Shown here: positions 38,753 through 45,800 of the stretch, in pieces
Layout: every line of letters begins with the position of its first letter
Position numbering within the stretch: position 1 is the first letter of the stretch
IMG/VR virus record: IMGVR_UViG_3300020048_000023
Span: 1-64,000 of that record
Reading direction: 5' to 3' (one strand)
DNA from: a virus
DNA: 64,000 nt
Notes under the pieces: model-generated
Told to the model about the DNA's origin: nothing
Databases searched by the model: none
Seen by the model: only the letters and a program-made list of their open reading frames with translations
Program-made: the position numbers and the translations under genes

Positions 38753-39250
38753 CACTAATAAAAATCGTCTGGAATTTCCAGACAAATTAAAAAAAGAAAG
38801 GAAATATTATGCTAAAAGCACTAAACACGAAAGGATAGAAAACCGAAAAAAAGAGATCGGAAGCCGAGAAGAAAGAAGGCGGCAAAAACACTCTAATAAG
38901 TTCATTGAAATTTTTAACTTTTTCTTACATTCATACCGCAAAGGAATACTGGATTTCTGCGGTATGGAAGTAAAAGTCACGTACAACGTGAACGGTAAAG
39001 ATGGTATGGTGTCTTTCAAAGAATACGAAAACGGTGTTATGAAGCTGTATAATTTAAGCACGCGGCACCCAAATATATTGAAAGGGGTTATTATCGGTAA
39101 AAAAAGCTGGGGTCTTTGGTTACAGGAATGGACTGACGGAATATCTGAGGGGTCATTCACAACCAGAGAAATCATATCTCAGTTCGATGGTATAAAAATA
39201 CCTGAATCGCTAATGACGGACTTTTATAACGTGTTACATAAAAAAATAAT

Positions 39251-39322
39251 GGCGCGTTCGTCTAGGGGTTAGGACGTTTGGTTTTCAGCCAAAAGACAGG
39301 GGTTCGATTCCCCTATGCGCTA
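39251..39322 (+). tRNA. tRNA-Glu(TTC)
   Basis: TTTGG-TTTTCAG-CCAAA. Confidence 0.85.
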
Positions 39323-39359
39323 CCTTGAATAAAATCGTCTGGATATTCCAGACAAAACT

Positions 39360-39447
39360 GGAAGATGAAACTGGCGTGGGCTGGTCGCGGTCTTGAAAAC
39401 CGAGGGGACGGGTAAAACTGTCTGGTAATCGTGCTATCCTTCTTCCG
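39360..39447 (+). tRNA. tRNA-Ser(TGA), 8/4 fold
   Basis: Loop CTTGAAA; 8-bp acceptor; 4-bp T stem; T loop ATCGTGC. Confidence 0.7.
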
Positions 39448-39499
39448 CTTAGCCGAAACAACTGCGAATATATAAATAAGCGGTTGTTTTGGACAAAAT

Positions 39500-39585
39500 G
39501 GGGCTGTGCTGTAACTGGTAGCCAAGACGGACTTAAAATCCGTTGTGCCGTAAGGCACGTGTGGGTTCGAATCCCACCAGCCCTA
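39500..39585 (+). tRNA. tRNA-Leu(TAA)
   Basis: ACGGA-CTTAAAA-TCCGT. Confidence 0.9.
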
Positions 39586-39593
39586 CAATAATT

Positions 39594-39679
39594 GGAAGCG
39601 TGGGAGAGTGGTTTAATCCACCAACTTGGAAAGTTGGCAGCCTCGCAAGGGCTCGTAGATTCGAATTCTACCGTTTCCG
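39594..39679 (+). tRNA. tRNA-Ser(GGA)
   Basis: CCAAC-TTGGAAA-GTTGG. Confidence 0.85.
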
Positions 39680-40363
39680 CTAATAGTTCTTTGACATTTT
39701 TATGTTAATAATATTAATAATAATTTGTAGGTATTTGTTGGCTCTATCTGGTTTAAAGTATTTCAAACCAGAAGCATCAACAATACACATTTCAATACCG
39801 CGTTCGATACACGCTTGAAATTTACGTGTATCGTTATTTTGAATTTGAGATAGTTTATCGGTTCCGTAAATGGGCTCATAATGAAATATACCATTCAATT
39901 CAAAAGCCAGTTTAAGTGACGGTATGTAAATATCCAATTCGGAGTTGATTGCGTCTTTTTTGTTGTAGTGTATTTCTAATAACGGAAATTGAATGGGTAA
40001 TTCCTGTTCCAGATAAATTTCGAGTTTTGAACGCCTGTTACCAGTTGTTTTATGCGTATTGTTATACGTAGCCGCGCAGGATTTAGTGCAGAAATCGTTT
40101 CCTTTAGTTGATTTTTGCTGCGAAAGTAGTTTACTAAAATTTTTACCGCAATTAGCACACGTGGTTTGTTTTCTGGTTCTTTCGTATACACCCCAGCATT
40201 TCATTGAGCAAAAATCACCAATATCTAATTTATTAGGATTAAAAACGTCTTGTATTCTCTTTTTAGTTAAATAAAAAGTTTTTTCACATTGTTTACATTG
40301 GCACGGAAGCTTATCATATGATTTTGCCGTACTAAATTCTAATTCGTTAAATAGCGCTTTCAT
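39680..40363 (-). CDS. Zn-finger plus PD-(D/E)XK/Vsr-like endonuclease (homing-type)
   Basis: CxxC/FCS repeats; ELDIYIP...AFELNG.FHY. Confidence 0.7.
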   Translation of the reverse strand: MKALFNELEFSTAKSYDKLPCQCKQCEKTFYLTKKRIQDVFNPNKLDIGDFCSMKCWGVYERTRKQTTCANCGKNFSKLLSQQKSTKGNDFCTKSCAATYNNTHKTTGNRRSKLEIYLEQELPIQFPLLEIHYNKKDAINSELDIYIPSLKLAFELNGIFHYEPIYGTDKLSQIQNNDTRKFQACIERGIEMCIVDASGLKYFKPDRANKYLQIIINIINIKMSKNY

Positions 40364-40440
40364 TAATTGTTTTATTATAAATAGTCTTTGGCGGAGCAAA
40401 ATTCGTATTTTCGAAAAATAAACTTACCGCTAAATAAATT

Positions 40441-40524
40441 GCCTTAGTGGGGGAATTGGTTATACCCAGCAGTTTCAAAAACTGCCGCGCTTAGCGCATA
40501 CAGATTCGACTTCTGTCTGAGGCA
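40441..40524 (+). tRNA. tRNA-Leu(CAA)
   Basis: GCAGT-TTCAAAA-ACTGC. Confidence 0.85.
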
Positions 40525-40531
40525 CATATAG

Positions 40532-40617
40532 GGAAGGTGAAACCGCCGAGGGGTGGTCGATGCCTGCTAAGCATACGGTACCCGTAAGGGTATGGGAATC
40601 GTGCTCTCCGCCTTCCG
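40532..40617 (+). tRNA. tRNA-Ser(GCT), 8/4 fold
   Basis: Loop CTGCTAA; GGAAGGTG/CGCCTTCC; GGGA-ATCGTGC-TCTC. Confidence 0.75.
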
Positions 40618-40625
40618 CAAAAAAT

Positions 40626-40696
40626 GCCGTCTAAGTCAATTGGGTTGGCGCTGGTCTGCAAAACCAGTTTGGTGAGTCCGATTCTCACAGACGGCT
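40626..40696 (+). tRNA. tRNA-Cys(GCA)
   Basis: CTGGT-CTGCAAA-ACCAG; U73. Confidence 0.75.
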
Positions 40697-40795
40697 CAAA
40701 ATTACCGTTGTAACGGTAACATTTAACAATAAAATTACCTATGGGTAGTTTTAGCTCTAATTCAGAGCTTAATGTTCGCTGTAGCTGGAAATTAC

Positions 40796-41053
40796 TTACT
40801 TTACCTGAGATAGGTAAATAGTGTTATTTGAAAGGTTGACAGTCGTATCATTGTAGGATATGAGCGATACGCGGGCTTGTTTGTTTGGTCGGTATTCAAA
40901 TTTACCGTCCATGTCTGTATATACTGTATTTCCATCCACCTTAACGGCAACGCCGCATAGTGTTTCGTGAGTTATTGCGTCTTTTACCTGATAGGTTTTA
41001 GGTGTGGAGAATAGTTGCAAGATGAATGCGAAAATAACGAATGTCTTTACCAT
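40796..41053 (-). CDS. Small secreted CarboxypepD_reg-like domain protein
   Basis: VKDAITHETL.GV.V...YTDMDGKF...ISY. Confidence 0.6.
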   Translation of the reverse strand: MVKTFVIFAFILQLFSTPKTYQVKDAITHETLCGVAVKVDGNTVYTDMDGKFEYRPNKQARVSLISYNDTTVNLSNNTIYLSQVK

Positions 41054-41139
41054 ACTTAATGTTTTAAAATAAGTATGAGTTGAATTAAAGAAAGTCTAAC
41101 TTACAGATTAAGTTACTGTTACCTACAGGTTAAATAATT

Positions 41140-41224
41140 GGAAGATTGACCGAGTGGAAAGGTACCCGCCTCGAAAGCGGTGGTCGGGGTAATTCCCGCG
41201 CAGTTTCGATCACTGCATCTTCCG
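41140..41224 (+). tRNA. tRNA-Ser(CGA)
   Basis: Loop CTCGAAA; long variable arm; G73. Confidence 0.75.
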
Positions 41225-41281
41225 CAAAATTTTATTTGGTTATTACTATTTTTAGTTTTATATTTGCAAAAAAATATTTAT

Positions 41282-41872
41282 ATGATGGCTCGGGAACCTA
41301 TGAAAACCACTAAAAAGCAAATTGTTGCTTATTGGGTAAATAAAGGTATTGACGAATGTGAGTTAAATTTTGACTGGTCTGAAGCTGATGGTGTGTGCTG
41401 GAATTGCGGGCATTTAACAAAACACGCTCAAAGATGCCATATCATACCTGATATGTTAGGTGGTGAAGATACACCAAGTAATTACGTTTTATTATGTGAA
41501 GAATGTCACGAAGAAGCCCCGAATATAAATAATTCGGAAGCTATGTGGGATTGGATTAAACACAATAAAAACGATTTTGGTATGTATAATACTTATAAAG
41601 CGTTTAAAGCGTTTAAAGCATTTAAAAAACGAAATGGATTTGACTTTTTTGAAAAAGCGATATACATCACAAATTTTGCTGAATTATTTGTTAATGGGTT
41701 TAAAAATATTGGACTGCACGGAGCGAAGCTAACCATTAGTACTTATATATATATGTTTGAAGATATAATAAAAAAAGGTATTTATAGTGATATCCCACAG
41801 AATATTGGTTTTTTTGAAATATCTGATTTAGTAGAAAAGTCAAATTTAGTGAAAAAGGAAGTACCGCAATAA
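41282..41872 (+). CDS. HNH endonuclease
   Basis: CWNC...RCHIIP..LGG.D..SN.VLLCEECH. Confidence 0.8.
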   Translation: MMAREPMKTTKKQIVAYWVNKGIDECELNFDWSEADGVCWNCGHLTKHAQRCHIIPDMLGGEDTPSNYVLLCEECHEEAPNINNSEAMWDWIKHNKNDFGMYNTYKAFKAFKAFKKRNGFDFFEKAIYITNFAELFVNGFKNIGLHGAKLTISTYIYMFEDIIKKGIYSDIPQNIGFFEISDLVEKSNLVKKEVPQ

Positions 41873-41876
41873 CCGA

Positions 41877-42203
41877 TTATTTACCTAATAGTTTATTTGC
41901 TTCTTTTTCCCCAGCTTTAAGCTCGGTTTTTTGTTCGCCGTCCAGTTTAAGAAGCATGGCTTCAAATTCACCAACGTGTGTTTTTTCTTCTTTGGCTACG
42001 TCCAGCATAAGTTTTTTAACTTGTGGGTCTGTGGCTTTGCTTGCCATTTGTTCATATAGGCTAACGGCGTCCAGTTCGGAAATAATAGCCATACGCAGCA
42101 CCTGTTTATTAACATCTTTTCCTGATATGTCGGTGGGAACGGCTGAGGTTATCTCATTGAGCTGCCTAAACCTGTTCAGTTCTTCGAATAAAAGCTTATC
42201 CAT
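41877..42203 (-). CDS. Ferritin-like (rubrerythrin/encapsulin-cargo-like) protein
   Basis: ELDAVSLYEQ...EEKTHVGEF. Confidence 0.75.
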   Translation of the reverse strand: MDKLLFEELNRFRQLNEITSAVPTDISGKDVNKQVLRMAIISELDAVSLYEQMASKATDPQVKKLMLDVAKEEKTHVGEFEAMLLKLDGEQKTELKAGEKEANKLLGK

Positions 42204-42284
42204 AATGCGTTATTTTCTATAAATATTACGTAACATTTGGTAGTGTCGAATATTAGTTATATATTTGCAGCTAAATAAAAAAAT

Positions 42285-42752
42285 ATGAAGACCGCAGTAG
42301 TAAACAGAATTATCAACGAGAAGGGCGAAATGCTCTTTCTGCTCAGGACTACCAGACCATTCGGATGGGGTTTAGTGGGTGGTAAAACAGAACCCGATGA
42401 CAAAGATGCTCTTGCGGCTTGCATTCGTGAAACTGAGGAAGAAACAGGTATTATGCTGCAACGAAGTCAGGTGGTATTAATTGGCGAAGAAAAGTCGATT
42501 AATGGCACCCCTATTACCGTGTTTGAAACCGTACTGGATTATACCCCAAGTGTCAAGCGTGACCCAAGGGAGCACCTTAATTACGTTTGGATTAAAACAC
42601 ATACATATAAATATAAACGGAATTATACCACCGATATTTACAGCCGTTCTTTTGCAGGCAAAACGCTTGATTTCGTTGATCTGGGTCGCGAAGATTTTAT
42701 CCCAGAATTTCTAACCCGTCCGTTCGGTCAAAGACCAACCGAAGACGAATAA
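42285..42752 (+). CDS. Nudix hydrolase
   Basis: GGKTE......A.IRETEEETG Nudix box. Confidence 0.85.
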   Translation: MKTAVVNRIINEKGEMLFLLRTTRPFGWGLVGGKTEPDDKDALAACIRETEEETGIMLQRSQVVLIGEEKSINGTPITVFETVLDYTPSVKRDPREHLNYVWIKTHTYKYKRNYTTDIYSRSFAGKTLDFVDLGREDFIPEFLTRPFGQRPTEDE

Positions 42753-42762
42753 TACTAAAAAT

Positions 42763-43137
42763 ATGTCAGAATTACACAAAAAATGGGTTGACGCGCTGGA
42801 CGTAGCGACGTCAAGGCGGTGTTCCAATCATATGGAGTTATCACCGAGAATAGCTAACGCTATGATTGGGGCTTCGGAGTTTCAAAACCGACTACTGAAA
42901 AAGTTGCAAGAAAAAATCGACTTATATCCGCAGTCAGTTTTCGAAGAAAATTCTCCTATTATATCTGCCGACGGCTACAGGGAGATAATAAAAATGGTAC
43001 AAAACTTGGAGCCGCACGTACCAGTTATGGCGCATTCGACTACAATACGTAATGGGTGCCCAAATTGTGGCGGTGATGTTTTTGACGGAACTGGTACTGG
43101 CTGGCGCATATGCCATAAATGCGGATTAATGTTTTAA
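42763..43137 (+). CDS. Hypothetical protein with C-terminal Zn-ribbon
   Basis: CPNC...CHKC. Confidence 0.5.
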   Translation: MSELHKKWVDALDVATSRRCSNHMELSPRIANAMIGASEFQNRLLKKLQEKIDLYPQSVFEENSPIISADGYREIIKMVQNLEPHVPVMAHSTTIRNGCPNCGGDVFDGTGTGWRICHKCGLMF

Positions 43138-43205
43138 GTATTTATTTTTTGTGGGGTGATGTTTATATTTATAGGAAACCAATAAATATTTAAAACCTTA
43201 CAACA

Positions 43206-43283
43206 ATGAATACTTGGGTAACCGTCCGTTTTATGTTGCGCCGTATCGCGCATTGCTCTTCTTGCACACAAGGGGGCTGTTAA
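43206..43283 (+). CDS. Small Cys-rich peptide MNTWVTVRFMLRRIAHCSSCTQGGC
   Basis: A-rich start context; TATTTATA motif upstream; hairpin downstream. Confidence 0.4.
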   Translation: MNTWVTVRFMLRRIAHCSSCTQGGC

Positions 43284-43401
43284 CTCAGGCGGGTAACGCC
43301 CGCTTTCAATGTTCTGTAACTTCGGGATAAAGAATCAATTATTAGGGCTGCGTAACTTCGGGATAAGTAAGCCCTTTTTATTTATACTAATATTTATTAA
43401 T

Positions 43402-44820
43402 ATGGCAAATAGATATGTAATGTATAATAGTACACAGAAGGTCGTACTTAAAAAAGATGTTGAATCGGGGAATATACGTTTAGTACATTTGAATGATGTA
43501 GCCAGTCCGTTTGTACTTCCATTCGAAAATTATTTAAGAATGGCTGTGGTTCGTAACACTCAGTTAGATAATTATAACGTTGCTGGGGAGAATCGTTTCA
43601 CCATTGCATCAATAGACACCACTAATAGAAGGATTGTTCTTAATCAAGCCATTCCAGAAGTGGTAAAAACTGGCGTTGCGGTATATGGAAGCGGTTATAA
43701 ATGGGGATTATGCAAAGATTATGCAAATGCAAAACTTGTTGAGTATTTATCTGGTACAACTTTAACATATTCGGCTACTAAAACTGTTGGTACCTTGGCA
43801 GCTGGAAACACAGTAACATTTTTTAACCCGTTTATTAATTATGCATTTACACAACTTACAGGCATTGCGGCTTTAGGGTCAGCTGGTACTTGGAATTCAC
43901 TTGGTATGCAAACAAATGGTATGTGGCGCGGGGTCGACGGTGTTTATAGAATGATTGTTGGCGGAACCAATACAAATGGAAACCCTATTAGATTAGGCTT
44001 GATGACAAGCAACGACTTAAATACGTGGTCATATGCTAATGGGGGTAATTATATGTATACAGGTGGTGAGGGGGTATTTAATATACCTGGGGTTTCTATA
44101 GCTAATTCCGTTGTTTACCCTATGTCTAATCCTATTAAACTTGCAGATAATTCTTACCTTTCATTTTTTACGACGGTTCCATCAACTGGTCTGGCGGCTA
44201 TAGCGCCAGTATATTTTGATGATAACTTCATAGTTACTTCCGTTGGGGCTAATTTAATTATTCCTGATTATCCCATAGACTACGTTACGATATCTGGCGG
44301 TGCCGTTATGCTTAACGGTGTTTGTCATCTTTATTTTTGCGATAGGTTAAACTCTACTCCATCAACGTGGAAGCTTATTGAGGCAATTATTCCAGATTTA
44401 AGTACAATGGAAGTTACCGATTCTAATATAGTTTTATCAAATAATACCGCGGATGTTTGGCATAATCTTCATACAGACGCTATTGTACCGTTTTTATGGA
44501 ATAACACAATATATTTATGGGCATTTGGAACAGGTATAAACACTACTAATAGTATTTACCAAGGGAATAGGGAGTTAGGTCTTATAAAACGTAATCAAGA
44601 CGGTAGTTTTACCATTGACCCAAGATCGCCATTATACTTAAATCCTATTTTAGGAAACTATTTATGGGACTCTGCAATGTCTATTGCAGCTGACCATACA
44701 GGCGGTGGTTGTTCCATGTGGGCTGACGGTCAAGATATGCATATGTTTTCTACTATGAATGCTTCGTCAAACACATATAAGATTTTTCACACAAAAATAT
44801 TATTAAAAGACCAAACATAA
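43402..44820 (+). CDS. Putative virion protein with beta-propeller/glycosidase-like C-terminus
   Basis: Beta-rich T/G/N composition; SNDLNTW motif. Confidence 0.45.
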   Translation: MANRYVMYNSTQKVVLKKDVESGNIRLVHLNDVASPFVLPFENYLRMAVVRNTQLDNYNVAGENRFTIASIDTTNRRIVLNQAIPEVVKTGVAVYGSGYKWGLCKDYANAKLVEYLSGTTLTYSATKTVGTLAAGNTVTFFNPFINYAFTQLTGIAALGSAGTWNSLGMQTNGMWRGVDGVYRMIVGGTNTNGNPIRLGLMTSNDLNTWSYANGGNYMYTGGEGVFNIPGVSIANSVVYPMSNPIKLADNSYLSFFTTVPSTGLAAIAPVYFDDNFIVTSVGANLIIPDYPIDYVTISGGAVMLNGVCHLYFCDRLNSTPSTWKLIEAIIPDLSTMEVTDSNIVLSNNTADVWHNLHTDAIVPFLWNNTIYLWAFGTGINTTNSIYQGNRELGLIKRNQDGSFTIDPRSPLYLNPILGNYLWDSAMSIAADHTGGGCSMWADGQDMHMFSTMNASSNTYKIFHTKILLKDQT

Positions 44821-44879
44821 TAAACTATTACAATAACCAAACTATTTATTGATATAAGAATTCTTAAACTTACAAAAAA

Positions 44880-45152
44880 ATGACAACAGCAAATTTTGCA
44901 CAGGTAGGTATAGCTAACCAACCAGCTCTTGACCCAATCCCAACAGGTACAACAGTGTCGTTCAATAACGACAAATCAAACGTGTACGGTAGCTTAACTA
45001 TTACCAAGCCATCAATGAAAAAGCAAGTTCAGGCTTCAACTTCGGCTGATATATCAAGCGTTGGTGGAGCATTGACCTACACAGAGGTAACACCAGCAAT
45101 GGTTAGAACCGTGTCGGATCGTGTTGACAACCCAGCACAGGTTCAGGTGTAA
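44880..45152 (+). CDS. Hypothetical protein
   Basis: ORF after TATTTAT motif; terminator-like hairpin at about 45172-45198. Confidence 0.55.
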   Translation: MTTANFAQVGIANQPALDPIPTGTTVSFNNDKSNVYGSLTITKPSMKKQVQASTSADISSVGGALTYTEVTPAMVRTVSDRVDNPAQVQV

Positions 45153-45241
45153 CAACCGCAAGTATCAAACCAAAATACCCCTATTTTAGGGGTTTTTTGG
45201 TTTTTGGATGATTGTTTCGTATATTTAAGTAAAATTATAAT

Positions 45242-45799
45242 ATGGATACAACAACAAAATACCTGATATATGGGTTACATTGCCCAGTAACAAACAATTT
45301 GCATTATGTAGGTAAGAGTACAAGTTATCTAACCAGACCTATGCAACATATGTCAGCGTCACATTCTGATAAAATACGTGAATGGGTTGGTCAATTAAAA
45401 GAATTTGGGCAAGCGCCCATTATTAGAGTTATTGAGTACGTGGAATACCCAGAGGACTTAGACGAGAGAGAAAAATATTGGATATATAAATCGCTTGAAG
45501 ATGGCTGCTATTTACTGAATAAACAACATAATACAGTTAAAGATTTAATAACAGCTAAGTTAGATGCAAAAACTGCGTATGAAGATAATTCATATAAAAT
45601 AATATCAAATTTCGTAAAAGGTAAACGAAAACAGTTTGGGCTTTCCCAGCCAGAATTAGCCCAAAAATCTGGTGTTGGTCTTAGGTTGCTACGGGAAATA
45701 GAGCAAGGTAAGAAATGTACATTAAGAATGGATAAAGTTAACCAAGTTTTACAAATGTTTGGCGTGGAACTATCAATAAAGGTTAAAGATAGAATATAA
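45242..45799 (+). CDS. GIY-YIG nuclease plus XRE HTH
   Basis: IYGL.CP....YVGKS; RKQFGLSQPELAQKSGV.LR.LREIEQG. Confidence 0.75.
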   Translation: MDTTTKYLIYGLHCPVTNNLHYVGKSTSYLTRPMQHMSASHSDKIREWVGQLKEFGQAPIIRVIEYVEYPEDLDEREKYWIYKSLEDGCYLLNKQHNTVKDLITAKLDAKTAYEDNSYKIISNFVKGKRKQFGLSQPELAQKSGVGLRLLREIEQGKKCTLRMDKVNQVLQMFGVELSIKVKDRI

Positions 45800-45800
45800 G

